Counted from the first letter of the stretch, positions 38,436-49,271 are shown. The stretch: DNA of 64,000 nt from an uncultured Candidatus Bathyarchaeia archaeon (GCA_964495315.1 CAZBVH010000001.1:11248-75247); one strand, 5' to 3'. Numbers and translations: made by a program. Notes: generated by a model from the letters alone, not told the origin.

Positions 38436-39446
38436 CTATTTGTTCACAAAGGACGGCATAATCTCTTCAGAGAAATTCTCCATAGCCTTTGCAAGATCAT
38501 GTGGCTCCGCAACAGAGAAGTTCAACATGAAGTGTCTCACATTCACGTCGACATATCTTTGAATTCCTTCGATCACATCGTCCACGTTTCCTATCAGCGA
38601 TGTTCCCATTATGTCTTCCACCGGGGAAGGTTTCCAGCCCCATTGCTTCAATAGTGATACCTTGTGAGCGTAGGCTGGCGTCTCCCTATACCTTCTGATA
38701 GCCACCTCACGGCTCTTTGCTAGGCTTACAGGGATCTCACGTACAAGCTCGATCTCAGAAAGTTCCCTGTCATATTTCCTCAAAGCATCTCTCAACTTGG
38801 GTTGCGCGTCTCTGAACTGCTCTGGGGACATCCCGGGAACCCAGCCCTGCGCGTATCTGGCTATTCGATCCAGGATTGCAGGGGTAGCTTTGTGCTCTCC
38901 TACAACAATCGGGAGGGGCCTCTGGATGGGTTTCGGGTAAAACTCAACGTCCGTGAATCTGACGTACTTTCCAGCAAAGCTCGCCTTTGGTTTCTCGAAG
39001 AGTTCTCTCAGGCCTTGGATTCCTTCATCAAGCCTAGTCCTTCGGTCTCCAATGTTGAGGGCATTAGATTCTTCACGGTACGCTCCGACTCCCACACCTA
39101 AGATCATCCGCCCATTGGAGAGTACGTCAAGGGTTGCCAGCTGCTTGGCGAGTATTACAAGTGCAGGTGTTCTCCAAGGAAGCACCAAGACTCCTGTTGC
39201 CAGTCTTACCTTCTCTGTTACGGCAGCTATGGCTGCTAGGCTGATCAAAGGCTCATAGAATGAGGGTTTGGGCTTAACGTCCATTATGTATTCCGGTGTT
39301 GTGATGTGGTCGTTGCCCCAGACCGAGTAATAGCCGAGTTCTTCTGCTCGCTTTCCGGCGTCAACGATCGTCTCTCTCGAGGCGAAGCCTGTGGGGACCA
39401 TTAACCCCTCTCTGCCTGTAGGGACCGATACGCCAAATCGAATCAT
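38436..39446 (-). CDS. LLM-class F420-dependent oxidoreductase
   Basis: AEELGY.SVWGNDH, LATLDVLSNGR..LGVG.G, PKPIQ.PLPI. Confidence 0.9.
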   Translation of the reverse strand: MIRFGVSVPTGREGLMVPTGFASRETIVDAGKRAEELGYYSVWGNDHITTPEYIMDVKPKPSFYEPLISLAAIAAVTEKVRLATGVLVLPWRTPALVILAKQLATLDVLSNGRMILGVGVGAYREESNALNIGDRRTRLDEGIQGLRELFEKPKASFAGKYVRFTDVEFYPKPIQRPLPIVVGEHKATPAILDRIARYAQGWVPGMSPEQFRDAQPKLRDALRKYDRELSEIELVREIPVSLAKSREVAIRRYRETPAYAHKVSLLKQWGWKPSPVEDIMGTSLIGNVDDVIEGIQRYVDVNVRHFMLNFSVAEPHDLAKAMENFSEEIMPSFVNK

Positions 39447-39565
39447 CCTTTGCTCCCCATCCTGAAGCCCCATCCCAGCCTTCTATTTTAGAGTTGTTAC
39501 TCCTCTTGAGAGTGCGTTACCAAAAACCATTTCTAGTTTGGCGAGCGGTTCAAAGACTGAACAGA

Positions 39566-40450
39566 TTGTCAGACCTTTTCAGACCTAGAGAATACTGCAG
39601 ACCGGAGAGCATAGAGGAAGCCATATCCCTGCTGGCAAGGTACGGAGAGAGAGCAAGACCGATTGCGGGCGGCACTGATCTCTTAGTCGAGAAGCCGAGT
39701 AAGGTTGAGTACCTGATTGATATCATGCGTCTGCCCTTGGCCTACATCAGAGAGAACCCTCATACTCGAGGCATAGGCATTGGTGCATTAACCACTGTCC
39801 GTGAGATAGAGACTTCAAGACTATTCGAAGATGCAAGGTTCAGGGTCTACAGCATACTGGCAGATGTAGCGAAAGAGATTGGATATGTGACGACGAGGAA
39901 CCTGGCCACCATTGGAGGCAACATCTGCAACGCTGTTCCTTCCGCAGACTTTCCGCCGGTATTGATAGCCATGGACGCCGAGGCGAGAATAGTGGGACCG
40001 AATGGAGAGAGGATTCTTCCCTTAGAGGGATTCTTTGTACAAGCCAGAAAGACGATCATGAGAAGCGACGAGTTGCTTACAGAGATCCAGGTACCAAGAC
40101 AACCTCCTCTCACCGGAGTAGCCTTCTCTAAACTTGGCAGGCTGCGTGTAGACATCGCTCTAGTAAACGTCGCCGCCCGAGTCACCCTTGGACCTGATGA
40201 AAGCTGCAAGGATGCCAGAATAGTGCTCGGAGCGGTAGCACCGACCCCCATCAGAGCCAAGAGAGCGGAAAATCTGCTCAAGGACAGGACCGTAGGAGAC
40301 GATATTATTGAAGAGGCAGCTCAAGCGGCGTCAGAGGAGACCAAGCCGATAAGTGATGTCCGTGCCTCCGCCGAGTATCGAAGAATGATGTCTAAAGTCC
40401 TAACGACTCATGTGCTCAAGCAGGCTCTTGAAAGAGCTGGAAGAGGGTGA
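39566..40450 (+). CDS. Xanthine dehydrogenase/CoxM family FAD-binding subunit
   Basis: AGGTDL, RN.ATIGGN..NA.PSAD, PISDVRASAEYR. Confidence 0.93.
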   Translation: MSDLFRPREYCRPESIEEAISLLARYGERARPIAGGTDLLVEKPSKVEYLIDIMRLPLAYIRENPHTRGIGIGALTTVREIETSRLFEDARFRVYSILADVAKEIGYVTTRNLATIGGNICNAVPSADFPPVLIAMDAEARIVGPNGERILPLEGFFVQARKTIMRSDELLTEIQVPRQPPLTGVAFSKLGRLRVDIALVNVAARVTLGPDESCKDARIVLGAVAPTPIRAKRAENLLKDRTVGDDIIEEAAQAASEETKPISDVRASAEYRRMMSKVLTTHVLKQALERAGRG

Positions 40451-40938
40451 CCGACCTGGGAAAGTTCTCAATCAGATTAAATGTAAACGGAGAAACCCGC
40501 GAGGTCATGGTGCGGCCTCACTGGACTCTACTATATGTTCTCAGGGAGGAACTCGGGCTTGCCGGACCGAAACTCAGCTGCGGCTCCGGCGAATGTGGAG
40601 CATGCACCGTTCTCATGGATGGAAAGGTGGTCCCCTCCTGTCTGGTACTGGCGGCACAGGCTGAAGGCAAAAAGATAATCACGATCGAGGGTCTCGCAGA
40701 CGGAACCACGCTACATCCCCTGCAGGAGGCATTCGTTGAACATGGTGCTGTCCAATGCGGCTTCTGCACGCCCGGAATGATCATCTCCGCGAAAGCGTTG
40801 CTGGATGAGAACCCTTGCCCGACAGAGGAGGATGTAAAGGAAGCTATTGCCGGAAACATATGCAGATGTACAGGCTACTCCAACATAGTGGAGGCCATAC
40901 TGGACGCTGCAAGCAAGATCAAGAGAGGTGTGAATTAA
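40447..40938 (+). CDS. CoxS/XdhC-type 2Fe-2S subunit
   Basis: CGSGECGACTV, SCL, QCGFCTPG, GNICRCTGY. Confidence 0.95.
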   Translation: MTDLGKFSIRLNVNGETREVMVRPHWTLLYVLREELGLAGPKLSCGSGECGACTVLMDGKVVPSCLVLAAQAEGKKIITIEGLADGTTLHPLQEAFVEHGAVQCGFCTPGMIISAKALLDENPCPTEEDVKEAIAGNICRCTGYSNIVEAILDAASKIKRGVN

Positions 40939-40939
40939 G

Positions 40940-43291
40940 ATGCCAGTTGTGGGCAAACGTGTACCAATGACGAAAACACATGATGCGTTTGAGAAAGTGA
41001 CGGGCAGGGCAACGTACACAACAGACCTTAAGTTACCCGGCATGTCGTATGCAAAGATCCTCAGAAGCCCTTATGCCCACGCGATAGTTGCAAGGGTTGA
41101 TGCGAGAAGAGCGGAGGGAGTCTCTGGCGTTGTGGCAGTGCTAACTTCAAAGGACGTATCTTCCGAACCGCACGGCACCTTTCCTCTGCCACACCCACAG
41201 GACTTGTATACACTACCCCCTATCGGCGGCAAGGTACGCTACGTGGGGGATCCGGTGGCTGCGGTGGCAGCCAAAGACATCGACACAGCTGAGGAAGCCC
41301 TAGAACTGATAGATGTGGAATACAAGGAGCTGCCCTCGGTCCTCGACCCTGAGGAGGCCCTCAAGCCTGATGCACCAAGGATACATCCGTGGGGCAACCT
41401 CGCAGTAGACCCCATGAACATAGAATTCGGCGACATTGAGAAAGGCTTCAAGGAAGCCGACTACGTATTTGAAGACACCTACAGAACATCGATTCAATGC
41501 CATGCCTGTGCTGAAACACATTCGTGCGTGGCAGACTGGGACGAGGATGGAAAGATAACGGTTTGGGCAGGCACTCAGGCTCCCTTTGCCACTCGAGAGT
41601 GCCTAGCCTTAGCTCTTGGCATCTCGGAAGATAGGATCAGGGTTGTGGTTCCGCCCGGCGGTTTCGGAGGGGGTTTCGGAAGCAAGAAGGAAGTCCAATC
41701 CTTGAGCCTGGACATTGCCGCTCTCTTGGCCAAGAAAGCGGGTAGACCAGTGAAACTGGTGTTCACTAGGGAAGAAGAGTTTGCTTGCACTGAAACACGC
41801 CACCCTACCGTTGTTCGCCTAAAAACTGGGGTAAAGAAAGATGGGACCCTGACAGTGAGGCACTCAAAGACGATCTACGATACTGGTGCATACGCCAGTC
41901 ACGGATCATTTGTCTTTACGCGTGCGATGCGCTCCCTTGCACTCTGGAGATGCGCCAACATAAAGTACGAGGGGCTTCTCGTCTACACCAACAAGGTTGT
42001 TGCTGGGGCAATGCGAGGATATGGAAACCCACAGCATACGTTTGCGGTTGAGCTTCAGAACGATCAGATCGCTGAAGAGCTGGGGATCGACCCGATGGAG
42101 TGGAGACTGAAGAATCACATACGAGTCGGTGACATAGATAAGGCACCAGGGCGCGGGGATCCTGGCAAACCCATAGGTGGTAGTAACTGGATACCGGCGT
42201 TGTATAAGATCCAGAGTTGTGGTCTCAGTGAATGCATAGTGAAGGGTGCGGAGAGCATCGGTTGGGAGAGAAGGAAGATGAAGCCTGGAGAGGTCGGGGA
42301 AACAAGGAAACGAGGTATAGGTATGGCTTGCGGTATGCATAGCAGCGGAACGATGCCTACTCCCCGATTCTCCAGCGTCTATATCAGGCTGAACGAGGAT
42401 GGCAGGATAGACATAATTTCAGGCGGGTGCGACCACGGAGGAACAGGACAGCATACCGTAATAGCGCAGATCGCCGCCGAAGAACTGGGGGTGCCCTTGG
42501 AAACGATAACTGTAACAGCCGAGGATACGGGCGTCACTCCATATGATTCAGGGACGGCTGGCGCCAGTGGTGGCACCTACACCGTAGGAGGGGCACTTGT
42601 AGAGGCGATAACGGATCTGAAGAAGAAGCTTCTCAGACAAGCTTCGACCATGTTGAAGGCACATGTCGAAGATCTGGAGATAGAGAAAGGGTACGTCCAT
42701 GTTAAAGGAGCCCCCGATAAGCAATTGTCCTTTAAAGACATAGCCGGGAAGGCTCGAGTAGACAGACATCCTTACACCTATCTGGAGGGTGATGGGTACT
42801 ACTATTATCCAGCCACAAATGCGCCTCCCTTCTTCGTGGACTTCGCGGAAGTGGAGGTGGACACCGAAACCGGGCAGGTCAAGGTGCTCAAGATAGTGGC
42901 GGCTCACGACAGCGGTAGGGCCATCAACCCAATGTTCTTTGAGGGACAGGTTCAAGGAGGGATACAGCAGGGCGTAGGATATGCCCTCACCGAGCGGCTC
43001 ATAGTAGATGAGGTGACTGGGATGCCGCTCAACCCCACATTCTTGGACTATAACGTGCTGAGGGCGGTCGACATGCCTGAGACCGAAGTGATAATTGTGG
43101 AGACGGAGGAGCCTACAGGCCCTCTTGGAGCGAAAGGGCTTGGTGAACCGTGCTCGGTCTCTGTTGCCCCAGCAGTAGTGAATGCCGTGTGCGACGCAAT
43201 AGGAGTACGCATCAAAGAGCTTCCAATAACGCCGGAGAAGGTCCTTCAAGCGTTAACAGAAAAAGAGCAACAAGAGCGAATTGCCCACTAG
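40940..43291 (+). CDS. Xanthine dehydrogenase family molybdopterin-binding large subunit
   Basis: KVTG.A.Y, RSPYAHA, GGGFGSK, GAMRGYG.PQ, EGQ.QGG..QG.G.AL.E, GAKG.GE. It lacks the CODH AYxCSFR loop. Confidence 0.93.
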   Translation: MPVVGKRVPMTKTHDAFEKVTGRATYTTDLKLPGMSYAKILRSPYAHAIVARVDARRAEGVSGVVAVLTSKDVSSEPHGTFPLPHPQDLYTLPPIGGKVRYVGDPVAAVAAKDIDTAEEALELIDVEYKELPSVLDPEEALKPDAPRIHPWGNLAVDPMNIEFGDIEKGFKEADYVFEDTYRTSIQCHACAETHSCVADWDEDGKITVWAGTQAPFATRECLALALGISEDRIRVVVPPGGFGGGFGSKKEVQSLSLDIAALLAKKAGRPVKLVFTREEEFACTETRHPTVVRLKTGVKKDGTLTVRHSKTIYDTGAYASHGSFVFTRAMRSLALWRCANIKYEGLLVYTNKVVAGAMRGYGNPQHTFAVELQNDQIAEELGIDPMEWRLKNHIRVGDIDKAPGRGDPGKPIGGSNWIPALYKIQSCGLSECIVKGAESIGWERRKMKPGEVGETRKRGIGMACGMHSSGTMPTPRFSSVYIRLNEDGRIDIISGGCDHGGTGQHTVIAQIAAEELGVPLETITVTAEDTGVTPYDSGTAGASGGTYTVGGALVEAITDLKKKLLRQASTMLKAHVEDLEIEKGYVHVKGAPDKQLSFKDIAGKARVDRHPYTYLEGDGYYYYPATNAPPFFVDFAEVEVDTETGQVKVLKIVAAHDSGRAINPMFFEGQVQGGIQQGVGYALTERLIVDEVTGMPLNPTFLDYNVLRAVDMPETEVIIVETEEPTGPLGAKGLGEPCSVSVAPAVVNAVCDAIGVRIKELPITPEKVLQALTEKEQQERIAH

Positions 43292-43313
43292 GCGAGTCAG
43301 TGGAAGGTTGGGT

Positions 43314-45044
43314 TCACGGGTGTTTGCAGATCACATCTATTAGCGCCTGTCTCTTCTCTTGCCTTGCCACACTCAGGCCTCTCGTCAACGCCTCTTTTAG
43401 TTCTACAGGGTCTTCAACGGTCTCTCCGTAGCCGTGGTTTGCCCTCGCGATCTCGGCGTATTTCGGACTTGGATCGAGGTCCACAGCGACGAAGTTGCCC
43501 GTCCTGACGGACCAACCGTTCGGGAAGAGCGTTCTCACTGTACGTTTCACGGCGTTGTAGCATTGATTATTGAAGATCACTGTCAGGAAAGGAATCTTGT
43601 ACCTGCTTGAAACCCAGTGGCAGGCGGTTGGAACAGCGAACATGTAACTTCCGTCGCCTACACAGGCGATGACCGTCTGTTCGGGTGCTGCCATCTTTGC
43701 CCCTAATGCGACCCCCATACCCAGTCCAAGCCAGCCTGCTGGTGAGCTTCTGAAGTAGGTTCCAGGTTTGCTGAGCTGAATCTGAGCCGCCTCAAGGTCA
43801 TACTCGTCGACAATTATTGTGTTCTCATCTTTCACCTCGTTCACAACGTAGGACAGCCAGGTAAAACTGATCGGCTTCTCATCCTTGGCTTTGAAGGCGG
43901 CTTTTCTCCAGAGGCCTCTCTGTCTGCTGTGTTCACTCCTGATCTTCTCGAACCTGTCCTCGATCTCCTCGCGTTTCCCTTCATTGTCCGAGATGAGTTC
44001 CTCTAGAATGGATTTGAGGGCAGGGATCGCTAGTCTCGGGTCCGCTGTGATCGGCATGTCAACTGGGTATCCCCAGATGGGGTAGGATGTGTAGGCTGGA
44101 TCCACGTCTATCTGAATGACTTCAGCGCCTTCCTTGGGCTTGGTGACCTTCGGGATCCACGGTATGTCGCTGTCAATCAGCATGATCACGTCAGCTCCCT
44201 CAAGATAGGGTTTCACATCGTATCCAACGTGGAGCGGGTTCTCCGTGGGGAAGTTCATGAAGTATTTTGGCGCTTCGACGACAGGAATTGCTAAGAGTTC
44301 GGCTAGCTCCACGAGTTTGCTGACGGCCTCGGGTCGTCTGCCCAGTCGGCTGGTTATGATAAGAGGGTTGTCTGCGTCCAGTAACAGCCGCGCGACCTCC
44401 TTAAGCTTCCCAATATCTGCATTTGGGGGGGATACTGGCTGCCTCGTCTTTGTAGGAGTTGCCTCGCTTCCCCTCACCTCTTCCATCAGCCACTCTCTTG
44501 GAAGTATAAGGTAGACCGGACCTTGCGGCTCGGCTGTTGCTATCTTGAAGGCTCTCTCGACCACTGTCTTGAGCTGTTTGGTCGTTCTCAGCTCATAGTC
44601 CCACTTTACGAACTCCCTCAACAGACTTCCCTGATCGAAGGACTCCTGCCCCCAGTGCACTGATATGTCTCGGCTTCCCTCGTAACCCTCCTCGGTGACA
44701 GGTGTCCGGCCCGCGGTGAAGATCATGGGTACGCGCGCACGGTAGGCGCTCATCACTGCACCGAGCGCGTTCGCGGCGCCAACTATGACGTGTACCATTA
44801 CCGCCTGCGGCCTTCCTGAGACTAGGGCATATCCATATGCCATGCCCATCGCGGGTATTTCGTGGGGGACGAGGACCGGCTTCGGATTCTCCACTCCTTT
44901 TGCTGCAAACTTAGCGAAGACCTCATTTATCGGAGCGGTATCTGTCCCCGGATTGATGAACAAGTAGTCCACACCGTTCGCCGCGAGCAGTCTGAGGTAT
45001 GCCTCAGCACAGCTCTCACCCTGTTCGACGATCTCTTCCGACAT
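43314..45044 (-). CDS. Thiamine pyrophosphate-dependent enzyme (acetolactate-synthase-like, PRK08327 type)
   Basis: NPGTD, PHE, HV.VG..N, HWGQE..DQ, GDGS...NN ThDP motif. Confidence 0.9.
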   Translation of the reverse strand: MSEEIVEQGESCAEAYLRLLAANGVDYLFINPGTDTAPINEVFAKFAAKGVENPKPVLVPHEIPAMGMAYGYALVSGRPQAVMVHVIVGAANALGAVMSAYRARVPMIFTAGRTPVTEEGYEGSRDISVHWGQESFDQGSLLREFVKWDYELRTTKQLKTVVERAFKIATAEPQGPVYLILPREWLMEEVRGSEATPTKTRQPVSPPNADIGKLKEVARLLLDADNPLIITSRLGRRPEAVSKLVELAELLAIPVVEAPKYFMNFPTENPLHVGYDVKPYLEGADVIMLIDSDIPWIPKVTKPKEGAEVIQIDVDPAYTSYPIWGYPVDMPITADPRLAIPALKSILEELISDNEGKREEIEDRFEKIRSEHSRQRGLWRKAAFKAKDEKPISFTWLSYVVNEVKDENTIIVDEYDLEAAQIQLSKPGTYFRSSPAGWLGLGMGVALGAKMAAPEQTVIACVGDGSYMFAVPTACHWVSSRYKIPFLTVIFNNQCYNAVKRTVRTLFPNGWSVRTGNFVAVDLDPSPKYAEIARANHGYGETVEDPVELKEALTRGLSVARQEKRQALIDVICKHP

Positions 45045-45071
45045 CTTTTCAACCGACCTCTTCAGGTAGAC

Positions 45072-45800
45072 CTATCTCCTCTCGGTCTCTCGCAGGAATT
45101 CCTTGGCGCCCTCTAGGAATAGATCGTTTGTACGCGCCTCTGCCGTGACATCCGACTTCAACTTCTTGCCTGCCGCCCGGATCTGCAATGTGGCTTGCCG
45201 GATCGCCTCCACCACACGGGGATGGTCCGGCTCGCCGGGTAATCCTATCGACTGCGCTAGGTCATTAGGTCCGAAGGCGAATAGTTCGAGGTGCTCTACC
45301 TTCAGGATCTCAGGCAGGTTCTGGAGGGCTTGGGCATCCTCCAGTAGGGCGATCGGCAGTATCTCCTCGTTGACTTGCTCCATGAAGGTGCGACGTTCTC
45401 GACCGCTCGCCTGCACGCCGTAGTTGTTGCCCCTGCCCCCACCGAAACTGCGACTCCCTCCAGGGGCGAAGAAGCAAGCCTTCGTGAAGGCTTCAGCGTC
45501 ATCCTTGGTGATGATGTGGGGTCCCATGATGCCCATGATCCCCCGGTCTAAGAACTGTAGTATCGTGGAGGGCTCGGTGTTCGAAACACGCGCAATGGGT
45601 GTGAGTCCAACTAGGTCAGCTGCCCGGCACATCTCCTCGATGTCCTTCAGAGTGAAGACGCCGTGCTCCCCATCCAGGAAGACGTAGTCGAAGCCAGCAT
45701 ACCCCATTAGCTCGATTAGAGTGGCTGAGGGGAAGACTAGTTGACAGCCGAAAGCCTTCTTCCCAGCTCTCATCTTAGCCTTGACCTTGTTAGTTCGCAT
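45072..45800 (-). CDS. HpcH/HpaI family aldolase
   Basis: GFD.VF.DGEHG, LD.G..GI..PH, G.RSFG, E....GPNDL. Confidence 0.9.
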   Translation of the reverse strand: MRTNKVKAKMRAGKKAFGCQLVFPSATLIELMGYAGFDYVFLDGEHGVFTLKDIEEMCRAADLVGLTPIARVSNTEPSTILQFLDRGIMGIMGPHIITKDDAEAFTKACFFAPGGSRSFGGGRGNNYGVQASGRERRTFMEQVNEEILPIALLEDAQALQNLPEILKVEHLELFAFGPNDLAQSIGLPGEPDHPRVVEAIRQATLQIRAAGKKLKSDVTAEARTNDLFLEGAKEFLRETERR

Positions 45801-46004
45801 GAAATCTCCCCATCCTAGAATCTCCATTCGAAATATTGGCTTTTTCCATTCCACTCCTGCATAACCTGCGAAAGTTGAAAGCTTCGATTGCCCGCTGATG
45901 GCACAGGTTTCAACAGTGTGCTACATTCAACTCCATTACTCCTATATCTATCCATAGAACGTATCCCCTGAGTTAAGTGTTCAATCCACGCTGAACTGCA
46001 GTCG

Positions 46005-46871
46005 GTGGCGAATGGGTTGAGAAATAGGAAACAACTGTCGCCAATAGAGGCCTCAGAGCCGAGACCTACATACCTAGAACTCATGGCTGACTTGGGCGCC
46101 GCGAGACACATAGGAGGTCTAAAAGCTACAAGAGAGCTGCTCGAACTATGCCACATAGACAAAGCCAGATACGTCCTGGACGTCGGCTGTGGCATTGGAA
46201 AGACTCCTTGTTACATCGCAAAGAGATATGACTGTAGAGTGGTCGGCGTGGACATCTCTCAAAGAATGATCGACTTGTCAAGAGAAAGGGCTGAGAGGGA
46301 AGGCTTACAGAAGAAGGTTGAATTCAGGATTGCAGACGCACAAGACCTCCCTCTCGAAGACGACCTCTTCGACGCGGTCATCTGTGAGTCCGTAACCGTG
46401 TTTGTGGAAGACAAACAGAGGGCGGTAAACGAGTACATGCGAGTGACAAAGCCGGGGGGATATGTCGGGCTTAACGAGGCAACTTGGATGAAGACACCAC
46501 CCCCAACAGAAGTTCTTGAGTACACATCCCGCACCTTCCACAGCGTCAAGCTGGAAACTTCTGATACTTGGGTAGAACTCTTGGAAACCTCAGGACTGAA
46601 AGACATAGTGGCTAGAACCTACAAGATTGCCTACCTCGACGAGGTGATTAGTAGGGTAAAGTGGCTCGGTCTCAGAGACGTAGTATCAATCTGGTATAGA
46701 ATACTGTGCCTGTACATCGCAAGCCCAGCTCACAGGAGGGCGATAAGAGACCTGGCAGGAGAGGCGCAGAGCACTCCTGAGGGCTTCTACGAGTACTTCA
46801 GGTACGGAATATACGTAGGCAAGAAGAATGAGACCTCTAACACTTTGCGCCGGCGTAATGCTAGGCTATGA
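46005..46871 (+). CDS. Class I SAM-dependent methyltransferase
   Basis: H.GGL.AT.EL, VLDVGCGIG, GVDIS, DAQ.LP, RV.KPGG. Start uncertain. Confidence 0.88.
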   Translation: MANGLRNRKQLSPIEASEPRPTYLELMADLGAARHIGGLKATRELLELCHIDKARYVLDVGCGIGKTPCYIAKRYDCRVVGVDISQRMIDLSRERAEREGLQKKVEFRIADAQDLPLEDDLFDAVICESVTVFVEDKQRAVNEYMRVTKPGGYVGLNEATWMKTPPPTEVLEYTSRTFHSVKLETSDTWVELLETSGLKDIVARTYKIAYLDEVISRVKWLGLRDVVSIWYRILCLYIASPAHRRAIRDLAGEAQSTPEGFYEYFRYGIYVGKKNETSNTLRRRNARL

Positions 46872-46977
46872 CGCGGTTCTCCCCTACCGCTACCAAACGA
46901 CAGATCTCACTCAGCATGCCAATGATGTTCACTAGGCTTTGACCAAAGCTGGCTGCGATGGCAAGGTATGGCGTCCA

Positions 46978-47322
46978 CTAGTAAACGCGAGGGCTGGTGT
47001 CAGACTGGAGTGTTTCCATTGGGTCACCGAATCCCATCGTCTCGCTCTCTAGCCTAGTCTTCATGGTTCTTCGTCTATGAGCTATAATGAGCAATACTGC
47101 GACGCTGATTAATGCCCAGGCGACTATGTCGGCGATCAAGTATAGCAAGTTGACTCGCCAAGGGAAGTATTTTGGGGCTAGTACAAGTCGGATAAGCCAA
47201 GGAAACGGATATCCGTAATAGTCTGCGCCAACGAGCATAGTTGTTCTGTTCGGGATCAGACCTGTCAAGAAGGTCGTTGCCATTCCATTGATGGTCGCTG
47301 AAAGCAGGATCTTCCGACTCAC
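46978..47322 (-). CDS. Small hypothetical membrane protein
   Basis: Two hydrophobic segments flanking YGYPFPWL. AGGTGA RBS upstream of GTG. Confidence 0.6.
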   Translation of the reverse strand: MSRKILLSATINGMATTFLTGLIPNRTTMLVGADYYGYPFPWLIRLVLAPKYFPWRVNLLYLIADIVAWALISVAVLLIIAHRRRTMKTRLESETMGFGDPMETLQSDTSPRVY

Positions 47323-47611
47323 TTATTTCACCTTGTCCCCCATTAGGACTGGATTCGCCTAGGTGAGATGCCGCTTATTGGCTTTTCAACTTCACCGATC
47401 ATCCATATCCGACACATCGGCCAGACAAGCGAAACGCCTCGCAGGCCAGCACTCATTATCGCACACGAGGGTTGACGGCGAAAGCCGAAGCGTTGTCTCT
47501 TATCTTCTAGTCAGTGCATCCGAGTGCCGCGAAAAGTTATGTTGAGTTGCTAAACTCTTATGATCGGTATCTTCACATTGCGCGGTTCACACAACACACT
47601 GGGGATCTGTA

Positions 47612-48235
47612 ATGGCAGTGAAGGTCTTGATTCTAAGCAAGAACGATCGGTACCATCTACTTGAAGAACTCGGCTCAAAGATCCTTGACTGGTTAAAAGA
47701 GCTGGAAGAGGTCCGAACGGAAGTCAGCCATGACAAGGGAATTCTTGCCAGTAGAGAACTGGACACTTGCGATATCTGCATTCTTTGCACAACGATGGGT
47801 GACCTCACAGCCGAACAGGAAGAGGGGATAGTTGAGTTCGTTGAAGACGGAAAGAACCTCTTCGGTATCCATTCCGCCACAGTCATCAATGAGGAACGCA
47901 AGAGATACATCAGCCTAATCGGTGGCAGGTTCACGCACCATCCTCCTCGGCATGAGTTTCAGGTGAGGATCGAAGACAAAGGTCACCCTATCACAGGCGG
48001 GATCGAGGACTTCAAGGTCACCGATGAGCTCTATATCTTGGATCGTGCGCCAGAAGGCGCCCATATCCTGGCAACCGCTCTGTGTGAGGGCAAAGCACAG
48101 CCCCTCCTCTACGCGAAGAGAGTGGGAAAAGGTAAGGTACTCTACAACGCATTGGGTCATGATCAAGCGACCTACAATCATCCCATATTCCGAAGGCTGG
48201 TGATCCAGGGAATCCAATGGATGATCAGCAGATAA
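47612..48235 (+). CDS. ThuA-like (class I GATase-like) domain protein
   Basis: FV..G....GIHSA, GGRF..HP, HPIT.G..DF...DELY, G.G.V.YNALGH. Confidence 0.88.
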   Translation: MAVKVLILSKNDRYHLLEELGSKILDWLKELEEVRTEVSHDKGILASRELDTCDICILCTTMGDLTAEQEEGIVEFVEDGKNLFGIHSATVINEERKRYISLIGGRFTHHPPRHEFQVRIEDKGHPITGGIEDFKVTDELYILDRAPEGAHILATALCEGKAQPLLYAKRVGKGKVLYNALGHDQATYNHPIFRRLVIQGIQWMISR

Positions 48236-48329
48236 CGCATAAGTCTTTCAGCCTATGCCCAGTGTCGCAGAGAAACCCTAGAATATCTATGACGTTTCTT
48301 CCCTTCTCCTCCCGTGCAAGCGATACCTG

Positions 48330-49271
48330 TTAGATACACTCTATGATCTGCTCATGGATTTGCCTGATCCACCCAACGCTAGGCGTCTGATAGGATCTCA
48401 GGATGAAGAATGTGAATCCGATACGTTCAAACTCTCTTATGCTCCCGATGCACTCGTCAGCCGTTCCCGCAATCATCTCCCGGCGATTCAACCTATACCA
48501 AGCTTCGAATGGTTCGGAGAGCTTACTCATGTCGTAGATGCTTCTCATGTCTTTTCTCAGGCTGTCCTCATCTTTCCCGAGATGGACATGCGAGAACAAG
48601 GACTTCTCGATGCCATCGTAATCCCGGCCAACCGTGGTACAATGCCCCTTAAGGGCTTCCAGCTTCCGTTGACAGGTCTCGGGAGACCCGCCCAGGTTGC
48701 ATCTGTCCGCGTACTGGGCGACAACCCTCAGGAGGAACTTCTCCCCTCCTCCGCCGATCGTTATCGGTGGATACGGCTTCTGGACGGGCCGAGGCTCACA
48801 ATTGGCGTCCCTTATCGAGAAGTACTCTCCTTCATAGGTTGGGTGTTCCTCCGTCCACATCATCCGGATGATCTTGACGCCTTCCTCCAGCTGCCGTATC
48901 CTGGTTCGGGCATCAGGGAACTCATACCCATACGCCCTATACTCGGCTTCATGCCCACCCGCCCCGACTCCGAACTCTAGGCGTCCACCTGATACGACGT
49001 CCAGTGTGGCACTCATCTTCGCGACTAGTGCGGGGTTCCGGAAGGAGTTGCATAGTACGAGTGATCCGAGCCGTATCCTCTCCGTCACCGGCGCCAGAGC
49101 AGAGAGCAAGGTCCAACTTTCAAGCCTCGGTCCCCGCTGGAGAATGGCGTCGGCAAACCACATCGAGTGAAATCCCAAACGCTCGCATTCCTGAGTCTGT
49201 TTCCGTATCTCACCCCAGCTCTGTCGGCTCGTAACGAACATCCCGAACCTGAGATCCTTCAATACGATCAC
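48330..49271 (-). CDS. LLM-class F420-dependent oxidoreductase
   Basis: LESWT.LSALA..T.RIRLG.LV.CN.FRNP, P.PVQKP.PPI.IGGGGEK. Confidence 0.92.
   Translation of the reverse strand: MIVLKDLRFGMFVTSRQSWGEIRKQTQECERLGFHSMWFADAILQRGPRLESWTLLSALAPVTERIRLGSLVLCNSFRNPALVAKMSATLDVVSGGRLEFGVGAGGHEAEYRAYGYEFPDARTRIRQLEEGVKIIRMMWTEEHPTYEGEYFSIRDANCEPRPVQKPYPPITIGGGGEKFLLRVVAQYADRCNLGGSPETCQRKLEALKGHCTTVGRDYDGIEKSLFSHVHLGKDEDSLRKDMRSIYDMSKLSEPFEAWYRLNRREMIAGTADECIGSIREFERIGFTFFILRSYQTPSVGWIRQIHEQIIECI

Noticed and set aside
40940..43291. Aerobic CO dehydrogenase (CoxL) assignment
   Set aside because: It has GAMRGYG rather than the AYxCSFR Cu-binding loop.
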